This document shows, piece by piece, positions 13,361 to 25,025 of a DNA stretch of 64,000 bases. The notes under the pieces are model-generated. The model saw only the letters and a list, made by a program, of their open reading frames with translations. It ran no database searches and was not told the origin of the DNA. Numbering within the stretch: the stretch's first letter is position 1; each line of letters starts with the position of its first letter. The stretch is from Eledone cirrhosa (Eukaryota). The stretch lies in assembly GCA_964016885.1 (NCBI GenBank), contig OZ024742.1, forward strand, positions 310,620,001 to 310,684,000. Direction: 5' to 3'. The position numbers and the translations under genes are program-made.

Positions 13361-14150
13361 GGTAATAATGATTTTAAACGTAATCAAATATTTGGGTTTA
13401 TATGAAAAGGCAAACTAGTAAATTCGTATTTCACCGTCTATAACTAAAGAGCTGTCCTGTACTAGGATCATTTCTTCTCCTTCTCTCTCTCTCTCGCCTT
13501 CCCCCTTATCTATCTAGCCCTTTCTCACTCTGTCTATCCTCTTCTCTCTCTCCGATAAGTTAAATGCACAGCTTTGTCACATTTTCTCATACTGATTCGA
13601 CTCCAGAATTATGTTAGCAATACATGTCTTTGTAATTCTCAGCTTAATATCACCAGTTGGAATTCAATATATAAAAAAAATGCATGCTCATCCTCGAAAG
13701 AAGCGACCATATATCAGAAAGATATAGAACTAAATAGATATATAGCGTAGGAGGAAAGGAAGATAAGGGAAGCAGAGACAGCAAGAGAGGCGGGGTGAGA
13801 GAGAGCAAGAGGAGGAGAGGGAGAGCAACAGAGCGAGGATGGGGGAGAGCAAGATTAACACTAACAGAGATGACAGTATCAGTAACAAGATTTGTTACAA
13901 ACAGCATCTCTAGGACATGTAAACACCATGACAAACAACGGCAGCCGGGACACATATCGTTTCTCTTCTTTTCTAAATATAGATCTGAGTTCTCTTCACT
14001 TTCTCCCGCACACACACATGAACATAGATATAGACACAAACACATGCACACACACGCACATGTATTTATATATATATACATATGTATATTTACACACACA
14101 CGCACACACCCACATATATATATATATATGTATATACATACATATATATG

Positions 14151-14350
14151 TGAGTCCCGGGTTCAATGGGTGATAACCACAGTAAGTACTCAATACATTA
14201 GTAGAGTGTAAACATCAAATGTAATATAGAAATGGCTTCTACAGGACTAGAACTATTTCATTCAAAAGAAATCACCAGGAAACTCCTGTTGATTTCTTTT
14301 GAATGAAGAAGTTCTAGTCCCGTAGAAGCCATTTCTATATTACACTTGAT
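14151..14350 (-). mobile_element. Fold-back palindromic element (probable PLE terminus)
   Basis: Arms 14214-14280 / 14284-14350; tail carries TTGAGTACT on the minus strand. Confidence 0.65.
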
Positions 14351-14361
14351 ATATACATATT

Positions 14362-14580
14362 CCTGAGTAGTTAGAGCATTGGATTAGCAATCGTGAGGTC
14401 ATGGTTTCGATTCCCGGACCGAGCGATGCGTTATTTCCTTGAGAAGACACTTTATTTCATCTTGCTCCTTCTGCCTGGATTTGCAGCCTGTAGATAGTAT
14501 TAGCAATTGGAAAGACCAATGGAAACATTGTTTCCTCGGTCGGATTGGACGAAGCCTGTGATCTTGTCGATAGACTGTCG
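14362..14580 (+). mobile_element. SINE-2 copy
   Basis: B-box GGTTTCGATTCC; ttccttgagaagacac; tail shared with 8022-8248. Confidence 0.8.
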
Positions 14581-14749
14581 ATATATATACAAATATGTGT
14601 GTGTGTTTGACTTAAACTGACTTATTTTAGCTTATGTTTATATATATACATATATATATATGTGGGGTGGGGTGTTTGTGTGTGTGTGTACATACATGTA
14701 TATATACGTCTGCATGGGTATATATTTTATATATATATATATATATATA

Positions 14750-15092
14750 GGGAGTGTAACTTGGTGTTACTGCAGGTTCACCCGGGTGAGCACTCGATGT
14801 TTAGGTTCACTTCTGTGTTGAGGTGTAGAGCTATGCAGAGTGTAATATATTGAAAGGATAACAAGGGCGATTGGTTACTCCTTCATTACATTTATTGGTA
14901 GGTGACGCGCGTTTCGCCACTGATCAGCTCAAGGTTTGATCTGTATCGATCTTACCCGACTCTATAATCGGCAGCTCGACGGATCCTTTAAAATGCTATT
15001 AGAAATAGCATTTTGAGCTGATCAGTGGCGAAACGCGCGTCACTTACCAATAAATGTAATGAAGGAGTAACCAATCGTCCTTGTTATCCTTT

Positions 15093-15100
<8 letters not shown>
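14750..15100 (-). mobile_element. Fold-back palindromic element (probable PLE terminus) in (TA)n
   Basis: 88-bp arms 14845-14932 / 15013-15100 carrying GAAA-CGCGCG-TC; tail with TCGAGTGCT. Confidence 0.7.
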
Positions 15101-15159
<59 letters not shown>

Positions 15160-15221
15160 CATATGTGTGTCTGTGTGTGCATTTATTCATGTATCTACCT
15201 ATCTATCTATCTATATCTATC

Positions 15222-15239
<18 letters not shown>

Positions 15240-15253
<14 letters not shown>

Positions 15254-15339
15254 AAATTTGAAGACTAAAATCCAAAGAGGGCTCGATAAGGGTGAAAGCA
15301 GCGATTCTTTGCTTAAACTTTAATCTGTTATTTTAATAA

Positions 15340-15342
<3 letters not shown>
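15240..15342. mobile_element. Family C PLE terminus, internally inverted short copy
   Basis: Matches 62200-62253 (reverse) and 62111-62167 (forward). Confidence 0.75.
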
Positions 15343-15377
<35 letters not shown>

Positions 15378-15941
15378 ACATATATGTATGTGTGTGAGGA
15401 GAGGTGAATGCATATTTACGTACATATATACAATTCATATATAAATACTCTTGACTTCTATATATTCCTCTCAAAATCAACACATTTTTGGCCTGAACGT
15501 GCACACACCAACCAGCCGCCTCTTTTCAGGGTGCGTGCCATATTGAGCTACAACAGCTATTCTGGAGTAAACATGATACCTGTAATATTATGAATTACAA
15601 GGGTGGCTTTAAGCAGCCTTGGGGATTTAGTGTGTGGGAATTACGAGTTAGCGATGTTGGCCACATCTTGATATCTTTAGGCGTGCCGTCCTCCATATCT
15701 TTCCGGCCGACATTAGAGTCAAGTAAAAATATTTGGTTATGTTATAGAACAGGAATCGTCAGAATAACATTATTTCACCACAAGTATCTCACTGCTAATG
15801 TGGTGCAACGTGTGAGAAATGTCTCGTGAAAATATACATACAGATAGCATAGCTAGCAAAAATGCATGGTTGCTATATATATATATATATATATATCGAT
15901 ATATACATGAATAAATGCACACACAGACACATACATGCATA

Positions 15942-15975
<34 letters not shown>

Positions 15976-15998
15976 AATGTGTACCAATGTAAACATAT

Positions 15999-16052
<54 letters not shown>

Positions 16053-16066
16053 TTACATGGGTACAC

Positions 16067-16145
<79 letters not shown>

Positions 16146-16632
16146 AATTTACAAACGTACATAAATACATACGTACAAGAATACATGCATATATAAATAT
16201 ATAACATACATATAGACATTTAAATAGACAGATAGACAAATTGAGATGGAAATATATATATAGTGACATAGATACGTTTGACAACGCACTTGTATAGGAA
16301 AGAGAACATTTTTCATCGTTTGTAGAGACATAAAAATAAGTTTACATCTCTTTCTCATATACATATACACGTACACTCACAGACATACACGCACACAGAC
16401 GCGTAAAAGCCATTCAGTGTAATACACATTGATGCAAATGTATAGCACATATCATATTTTCACTCTTAGATAACTAATCCTCCGGACACTGATATTTAAG
16501 ATTGAATCAGGTCCTTAATCAAGAACAATATTTATCTATATACGTCACATTTCCTACTATATCAAGCGTTAAACTAAAATATTTCTTCATTGCACTGTAT
16601 TGATTGTTACTTGTTGTTTCCGTTTACTTTTA

Positions 16633-16699
<67 letters not shown>

Positions 16700-17347
16700 A
16701 TTTGTATATTATTTGCCCTTATGCTGGGAGTTAACTTTCAAATACATTAAATAGTGCGCTAACCACCCGAAATCGTGCACTAACCATTCGAAATATATAT
16801 CTGTACATGTACAGTACAGAAGCGGCGAGACTACAGTAATGTAGTCTACACACAGCCTATATAAATATAGGCTGTGTGTAGACATGAAACGTGGGTTTCC
16901 CTGCAAATTGAAAAGATAATGGTTATCGCACCCATTCAGCCTACAACAGAAGCACGGAGGGATTCGCACAGCGTCTCTAATCACGTTTTTTTTTATAGGT
17001 AATACATGCATTGTGACATATCTTAGTAAAAAGAGCAAATAGGTTTTTAATTTTTACACTTGTTCTATACTTTCACAAACAAATTACCTTATTTTACGTT
17101 TCGCTAACTGTTAAAGCTCCCAATAAGGCGGTGAAAGGTTGCATAGGCGCTTTGAATAATGTTTAACGCAGCTGTCTGCCATATCGCGGATGCACAGCAC
17201 GATTACTGCAGGCATTTCTGTCTGTCATTTTCTGTGTATATATGTATATGTATAAAAGGTAAATAGAAGTAACAAAATTAACAAAACAAACGGCACACAA
17301 CATGGAAGGAATATATTAGTTTAATGCTTGAAATAGCAGGAAGAGAG

Positions 17348-17383
17348 TCTTAACGTTTCGGATGCTGGTCCTTCATCAGAAGA
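17348..17383 (-). ncRNA. Minimal type I hammerhead motif
   Basis: Minus strand tctt-CTGATGA-aggaccagcatcc-GAAA-cg-TT-aaga. Confidence 0.65.
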
Positions 17384-17794
17384 AAGAATGAGAAACTAAA
17401 GAAGAAATACAGAGATTGAGGTGACGGGCAGGGCGCGCGCGCGTGTGTGTGTGTGTTTGTGACTTATGGAAGTGTACAGTATAATACATTAAGGTATAAT
17501 TGTCAGAAGAAACAATAAGACAGTTTAATACTTGCGTAAAAAACATAGTAAATTGTTGTTTAGAATTTGACTGACATTAATTATAATCAAAACCTTACTA
17601 ACTGTAGCGAGAGACAAATAAAAGACGAATAAAAGGAAGAGAAAGGTGGGGGGGATAAATCATTGTTGTTATTTTTTTGTTTGTTATTACATCAATAACT
17701 CCTTGTGGATTCAGTGTAGATGTAACATCTGGTTTTCGCACCGTAAATATGACGCGCCACACCTTGTCAGAGAAATATGAACAAAATAAAATAA

Positions 17795-17987
17795 ATAACT
17801 GTTTCAACTTTTTGCACAAGGTCAGCAATTATCCCAGTACATTACTAGTACTTTATATTATCTACCCCGTGAGGATGAAAGGCAAAGTTAACCTCGGCGA
17901 GATTTGAACTCAGACTGTAAAGGGGCGTAACTCAATGCTGCAAAGCATGGCGTCCGACCCCCTACCAATACTGCCAATCCACCGCCC
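17795..17987 (-). mobile_element. SINE-1 copy
   Basis: Reverse complement of SINE-1; TSD-like aaaataaaataaataac. Confidence 0.9.
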
Positions 17988-18502
17988 TCCAAAATAAAAT
18001 AAATAACATAAATACACGTGTGTGTACGTGTTTATATTTAAGCAACTATAGAGACAGACTTGCACACACACACACATACACACCATCACTACCACCAGGT
18101 TTTCGAGAGTGTGTGTGTTGGACCTCAGACGTGTTCCAATGCTTTGTGTTCCTGTTATAAAAACAATAAACAGCCTCCTGGTGTTAATTAACCTGAAAGT
18201 AGCTGAGCAACCCATAGATACTACGTGCATATATCACATAGACCTCAGGGAGATTCAGAGAGTGACACTGAGTGTGACAAGGCTGGATCTTTTAATTTCA
18301 GATCAATCACATTTTAGCCAGCTGTATGGAGTATACCAACGTGCAATAAAATGGTATGATGGTGAACAGGAATCCCTAACCACTAAAGTACGTTCCCTCA
18401 CAGATTTTCGAGTATAGTCTATACTTCGTGAGCTTATGAAACCTTTATTTTTTTTCTACGTACGCTCTGACACACGTGCACATACATATATGAGTGTGAG
18501 TG

Positions 18503-18571
<69 letters not shown>

Positions 18572-18574
<3 letters not shown>

Positions 18575-18800
18575 AATGTGATTTGAGTTTTTCGAATATT
18601 AATAACATTCGATTCGTTTGCAATTATGCAAACAAGCATCAATTTTATAGCCATGTCAGTAGAATGAAGTGTTCATTCTACTGACATGGCTATAAAATTG
18701 AGGCTTGTTTGCATAATAGCAAACGAATCGAATGTTATTAATATTCGAAAAACTCAGATTACATTTATTGTATTCAGCCATGTAGAGCGAAATTTTCTTT
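18572..18800 (+). mobile_element. Fold-back palindromic element in (TA)n
   Basis: 97-bp arms 18572-18668 / 18672-18768, loop gtg, about 32-nt tail. Confidence 0.65.
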
Positions 18801-18814
18801 TATATATATATAAT

Positions 18815-19241
18815 TTAAATTATTTGAATCTCTAACAGTTACGTAAATTGCTATTATGTATGTTTAAGCTTTCTCACACGCACCCTCTGTATTATATGTA
18901 AATTTGTTCATGTCTCAATCTTAAGGTATATAAATATTGAGTTTTGTCATATTTGATTCACTACCATAACTGAATCTTAACTATCTACTATGTCAGGGTA
19001 TGTCATGCATCATCTTATTTTATCTGATGAGGACGTACTGTTGGAGTTAGCTCAGTACCTCTGAAATATGTATAATAAAATATACTTGATCACACGAATG
19101 TCTATTTTTGTTAATATTTTGAATTAATATTAATAACTCCATTCCTGTTGAATTAATATTAATAAAACGACTTTGTTGAGTGCTTCCAATCTATTGTAAA
19201 ACTCATTCTTTGATTTATTCATTGAACCTTGTTTAACCTTT

Positions 19242-19243
<2 letters not shown>
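18815..19243 (+). mobile_element. Family B PLE 3' terminus (non-palindromic)
   Basis: Homologous to 57706-58140; hammerhead, TTGAGTGCT motif, ends in (TA)n. Confidence 0.7.
19016..19082 (+). ncRNA. Type I minimal hammerhead ribozyme motif
   Basis: tattttat-CTGATGA-ggacgtactg...cagtacctct-GAAA-tatgta-TA-ataaaata; 8-bp stem I. Confidence 0.75.
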
Positions 19244-19318
<75 letters not shown>

Positions 19319-19354
19319 ATACATAGATGTATATACATATACATATATATATAT

Positions 19355-19437
19355 CTAGGGTTCTTATATATTTGCTATATATTTATCCTTATCGAGCCCT
19401 CTTTGGATTTTAGTCTTCACATTTATTATTATTACTA
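19355..19437 (+). mobile_element. Family C PLE 3' tail fragment
   Basis: atcgagccctctttggattttagtcttcac shared with 62209-62253 and 50985-51080. Confidence 0.7.
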
Positions 19438-19450
19438 TATATATATAAAT

Positions 19451-19481
<31 letters not shown>

Positions 19482-19482
<1 letters not shown>

Positions 19483-20146
19483 TTGGGTGCGGATGCATTC
19501 ATGTATATATGTGTGTGTCCGCATGTATCTGTGTGTTTCTAAATATATTGTTAATAACTCCCTCTGGTCGAGCAATCTTTGAGGTGTGGGGACAACTGGA
19601 AAGCTTCCATTACTCATACTTCTAGCCTTCTTCACCACCTCTTCTGCGGCCTCGATATGAATACCCCCTCCGCCTCTGTGGTATTTTCTTCGTGGTTATA
19701 AGAGGCTTAGCTCTGTTTCTCGACCGTTATATCGCGTGACTATCTCCCCCTCCGCCTTTTGGGATTCTTTCTCACGTCGTGTAGACGCGTTCTTGAGACT
19801 AGTAAAATGAGGTATCCTCTTGATAAGTCGGCAGACCTCGCAGGGACTCTATATCTTTATGATATATTGTTTTTGTTTATGCCACGAAACTACGTAGTCG
19901 AGGAATTTAGGAGCAGTTTAGGTATGATACATTTTATTACTAATTATATCTAAATGTTTCTTCTCTCTTCATAATGTATTTTTAACTCTGATACTGGTTC
20001 AGTCTGGTTCAACTGAATTGGTCTGTCCCGGTTATTCATTGAGCAACATCGGTGAAGTTGGCACCCTTAACTCACAGTTGGGTGCGGATGCATTCATGTA
20101 TATATGTGTGTATCCGCATGTATCTGTGTGTTTCTAAATATATTGT
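19482..20146 (+). mobile_element. Family D PLE-derived element with 69-bp terminal direct repeats
   Basis: Direct repeats 19482-19550 / 20078-20146; internal hammerhead; inverted partial copy at 47921-48197. Confidence 0.7.
19815..19904 (+). ncRNA. Type I hammerhead ribozyme, U3-A8 variant with GUC site
   Basis: tcctc-TTGATAA-gtcggca...tgccac-GAAA-ctacgtag-TC-gagga; all three stems pair. Confidence 0.7.
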
Positions 20147-20160
20147 ATATATATATATAT

Positions 20161-20259
<99 letters not shown>

Positions 20260-20935
20260 GGGAGAGATAGATATGTACATTGAATTGTTAGACCTATGCA
20301 TATGCATGCGCAAACGTACACATCTATACATACATGTGTATATTCATGTATACCTACATACTGATATGCATGAATATATATATATATATATCCTAAAATG
20401 TGTAAACGAGTCAATGTATGTATAAAGGGAGGAAAGAGAGAAGGGGAGAGAGAAAGGGTGAGAGAGAGAAGGAGAGAGAGAGGGAGGAGAAGGAGAGAGA
20501 GAGGGGGAGAGGAGAGAGTGAGGGGAGAAATGTGATGGTTAGATGTATATGCGCCCATATCTACTTATTCATAAAAAAACCACATAGTTCTCCTGTGTGC
20601 CTGTTTCTTTTACTCCTTCGCTATTTTTATACTATGGGCCTATTAAAAAAAACACTGAAATGTTTTTTGTACATTGCCATGCTTCCAAGCATGAATTTAC
20701 GCTCTGTTGACAGTATCGTTTTGCTGATAAGATATCATTGCCAAATGTCATTCCCTGCAGTAAAACTTGTCCTCTCCTTGTTAATATTAACTTTAGCTCA
20801 ATATTTCTGGATTTCTTCTAGTGTATGGAAATACTCCTTCTCTTCTACTTAGTATAGTGGCCATCAACACAATTTTCTGGATTTCCTGTAGTGAGTGGAG
20901 TGGTACTGGTTATAATAAACAGATTGAAGCGTATT

Positions 20936-21600
20936 TGCACTGGGTAATTGCTGGCCTTGTGCCAAAAAGTAGAAATAATTATTTAAAGGGTTGAAGCGCA
21001 TTATTTAATGAGTTCAAATCCCGCCGAGGTTAACTTTGCCTTTCATCCTTACGGGGTCGATAAAATAAAAGTACCAGTAATGCCCTGGTTTATTGCTGGC
21101 CTTGTGCCAAAAAGTAGAAATAATTATTTAAAGGGTTGAAGCGCATTATTTAATGAGTTCAAATCCCGCCGAGGTTAACTTTGCCTTTCATCCTTACGGG
21201 GGTCGATAAAATAAAGTACCAGTAATACACTGGTTAATTGCTGGCCTTGTGCCAAAAGTAGAAACAATTATTTAAAGGGTTAACTTTGCCTTTCATCCTT
21301 ACGGGGTCGAAAAAAGAAAGTACCAGTAATGCACTGGGTAATTTGCTGGCCTTGTGCCAAAAGTAGAAACAATTATTTAAAGGGTGGTGGATTGGCAGTA
21401 TCGGTAGAGAGTCAAACACTATGCTTTGCTGCATAGAGTTACGGCCCTTTACAGTCTGAGTTCAAATCCGCCGAGGTCAACTTTGCCTTTCATCCTTACG
21501 GAGTTGATAAAATAAAGCACCAGTAATACACTGGAGTCGATTTAATCAACTTTCCCCTCCCGCAAAATTGCTGGCCTTGTGCCTATAGTAGAAATCATTA
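20936..21600 (+). mobile_element. Head-to-tail array of 5'-truncated SINE-1 copies plus one older full copy
   Basis: Four truncated units each ending aattatttaaagggt, then a full copy at about 21382-21600. Confidence 0.9.
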
Positions 21601-21976
21601 CTTAAATCTTGCAAAATGTATATTTAGTTTTAGTATTATTCCTGTGTTGAGGGCAGTGGATTGGCAGTATCGGTATAGCGTCCGACAACATGCTTTATGG
21701 CATAGAGTTACGCCCCTTTACGATCTGAATTCAAATCCCGTCGAGATGTCTAAAGTAGAAACCAATATTATCTCTGTGTTGCTATATCTTGTAGATGTAA
21801 CATGAATGAAAGGGTTGTTGATCATATAGATCTTGTGTTTACATCTACTTAAGATCTATCTCTTCTTTATTTGGAATAAATCCTAAACTACATCAAGTCT
21901 TCTACCGTAGATTCTGGTTGGCCAATACAATGAGTAGAATTTGATATATTGACAATATTTTCATATATATATATAT

Positions 21977-22178
21977 AATGAAGGAGGTGTGGTAAGTAAC
22001 CAGATGGACCATAACGCACCAGAGTACTCAATACTTAGGGTAGTCGAGTGGGTAATAGGGAAATGTTTAACCCCGACGGCAGAGCTCAAGCCGTTTCAAC
22101 GGCTATTTCGTTTTTTTTAGTCCAGAAAAGTATAGGAAAAGTAAATAACAACCACAAGGAGTACAGTTACGAAAGGAT
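21977..22178 (-). mobile_element. Family A PLE terminus, non-palindromic copy
   Basis: Shares tail and left arm with 3045-3170; flanked by (TA)n. Confidence 0.75.
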
Positions 22179-22226
22179 ATATATATATATATATATATAT
22201 AGGGAGAGAGGTGGAGTGAGAGAGGT

Positions 22227-22299
<73 letters not shown>

Positions 22300-22651
22300 T
22301 TATGTATATGAAAAATAATAACAAAGGGTTTTAAATGCATCTAATGTTCTTACTTTATATACAGATCCAAATCCAAATTTACAGTGGTCAACGAAACATT
22401 TTTATGAGAGGTGAGGGTTACAAAAAGGATCATGGTTATCCATTTTGTTCTTTACTGGCCGGTTTCAGCTCTTGCTGGTATTGTGTAAATTTAAAACACG
22501 TGTCTTTACGTGGGACTTACACCCTTTCTATATCATAATATATTAAAAGGTTAGAAAATTAAACAATTCAGTTATGCCCATTGGCATAGAACTGATGCAA
22601 TGTATATAGCCGATTTGTATATTATTATTATTAACATTACGCTACTAACTT

Positions 22652-23029
22652 ACTGCCAACCTCTAAAAACCTAAACGGGGAGTACCATGAAAACAAGTGC
22701 CCCCAAACGGGGAGAAATGATGCAAAATTGGGAGATTTTACATAATTGTTCCTACTTTTGGCACAAGGCCAGCAATTACCCAGTGTATTACTGGTACTTT
22801 ATGTTATCGACCCCGTAAGGATGAAAGGCAAAGTTAACCTCGGCGGGATTTGAACTCAGACCGCAAAGGGACGTAACTATGCTGGAAAGCATGGCGTCCG
22901 ACCCTCTACCGATACTGCCAATTACATAATGACAGCTATACCCATTTTTTTTACAAGAGAAGACAACTCTCACCCACTCCAAACTGGATGGGAGATCTCT
23001 CCATCGGACAGGGAGAGTTGACAGGTCTG
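22652..23029 (-). mobile_element. 6-bp-TSD MITE family copy interrupted by SINE-1 (22743-22921, minus)
   Basis: Homology to 11231-11423, split at tacataat. Confidence 0.8.
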
Positions 23030-23069
23030 CATACTTTGGTTTCATTATTGTTTACCTCCCTTTATGATC

Positions 23070-23250
23070 TGGCAGTATCAGTAGAGGGCCGGGCGCCATG
23101 CTTTGACGCATAGAGTTATAGCCCTTGCTATTCTGAGTTCAAATCCCGCCGAGGTTAACTTTGCTTTTCATCCTTACAGAGTCGATAAAATAAAGTACCA
23201 GTAATGCACTGGGTATTGCTGGCCTTGTGTCAAAAGTAGAAACAATTATT
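23070..23250 (+). mobile_element. SINE-1 copy
   Basis: Similarity to SINE-1. Confidence 0.9.
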
Positions 23251-23594
23251 GTTTTGAGATCAAATACCTTCAGTGTAGTCTTTACCAGTGATGTTGCTAG
23301 AAAGACTAAATGGAATAGATTTACTCGATTGTTCTCTCCTCATAGGAATTATATTACTGTTTTTAGTTTTATATTTTAGTTACATATTGTCCTCCATCAG
23401 TCAAGGACTGTTGTTGTCGTTGTTTTCTCAACGTTATCCCTGATATAGCAGACCTACCAGCATATCACCCTGGCCATTCTATCTCTTCAGTGATATATAA
23501 AATTCAGTGTTACTTCAGGGCTATCCATGTCATGCCTTTTCGAGTCGCCATTGATCTCTTCTCTGTAGCAAATTCATTATAAATATTCTTTGTG

Positions 23595-23815
23595 AGGGCG
23601 GTAGATTAGCAGAATCGGTAGAGCGTCGGACAATATGCTTTGTAGCATAGAGTTACGGCCCTCTACGTTCTGGGTTCAAATCCCGCCTTGGTTTGCTTTA
23701 CCTTTCATCCTTACGGGGTGGATAAATAAAGCACCAGTAATGCACTAGGGTCGATTTAATCGACTTTCTCCTCCCAAAAAACTGTTGGCCTTGTGTCTAA
23801 ATCAGAAACCATTAT
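23595..23815 (+). mobile_element. SINE-1 older subfamily (retains gtcgatttaatcgac segment)
   Basis: Extra segment of about 28 nt absent from young copies. Confidence 0.85.
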
Positions 23816-23990
23816 AAATATCCTTTGTATTGAGTCAGTTTTTCATATGTATTATTGGCCATTTAAACACCATTGTCTCCTTAAGATCAATACAAAATGA
23901 CTTGTCACACAAGTACCCTAACACACTGTATTGATACGTACGTAACTCACTAGATTGATATGGACGTACCATGTAACAGCTTAGTGTTTA

Positions 23991-24184
23991 AAGACCTGCC
24001 AACCTTTAGAATCCCAAACAGGGAGTACCATGAAAATGAGTGCCCCAAAACGGGGAGAAATAAGGAAAATGGGGAGATGTTACATAATGAAAGCTATACC
24101 CATTTTCGCAAGAGAAGACATCTCTCACCCACCGCAAAGTAGGTGGGAGATCTCCCCGTCCGACGGGGAGAGTTGACAAGTCTG
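23991..24184 (-). mobile_element. 6-bp-TSD MITE copy
   Basis: TSD tgttta (23985-23990 / 24185-24190). Confidence 0.85.
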
Positions 24185-24194
24185 TGTTTAATAA

Positions 24195-24400
24195 TAATTC
24201 TTAATGTAGGCAGGGGACCTGTAATATGTGAAGTGGGGAAGTCGATTACATCGACGTCAGTAGGAGACAAGAATTTTATTTTATCAACTCCATAATGATG
24301 AAAGACCTTAGTTAAACTCAAGAGGATTTGAACCCAGAACATAGAGATATAATACCTGGATATACTCAAAGCTCTAACGACTCTGCCAAATCGACCGCCT
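24195..24400 (-). mobile_element. Diverged SINE-1 copy
   Basis: ggatttgaaccc B-box on reverse strand; tttattttatcaac core. Confidence 0.65.
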
Positions 24401-24507
24401 TACACTTATCTATTAACAAATGAATTAATATATAACTATTAATGAAGCAGGGGAATCGATACCAAATACCTACAGATATGTTAATGTCAATCATATTTTT
24501 ATATATT

Positions 24508-24703
24508 CAGAATTGTCAACTCTCCCTGTCCGACGGAGAGATCTCCCACACACTTTGGGGAGGGTGAGAGATGTCTTCTCGTGTGAAAATAGATATAGCT
24601 TCCATTATGTAAAATCTCCCCAATTTGCCTCATTTCTCCCCGTTTTCGGGGCACATTTATTCATGGTACTCCCCGTTTGGGATTTTAGAGATTGGTAATC
24701 CTG
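24508..24703 (+). mobile_element. 6-bp-TSD MITE copy
   Basis: TSD-like tatatt / tatact; homology to 11231-11423. Confidence 0.8.
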
Positions 24704-25025
24704 TATACTATTTTCAATTCAAGTTTCTTTCAATATATTGATATTTTTATTATATTTCTATTTCACATTTAATCGTATGCTTAGACCATTATTATTATTA
24801 TTATTATTGAAAGCTATGGTTGACGGAGGCTCGGCTCTGTAAGGTATTGTAAATTTTGACCGCTATAACAATGTCAATTGTTTAAAACTTTAACCAAATT
24901 GTAGACAAAAACACCCTCCTCCTCGTGAGAGGAGTCTTTCTGCCCGTTATTTGGCCCTTCGGGGTTAAATAACCGCTTATTGGGGTTTCGTGCCCAATAT
25001 ATATTTTTAAACAAAAAAAAAAACA

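Noticed and set aside
20936-21600. Repeat-spacer-like array suggesting CRISPR
   Set aside because: Units are SINE fragments without unique spacers; eukaryotic context and no cas genes.
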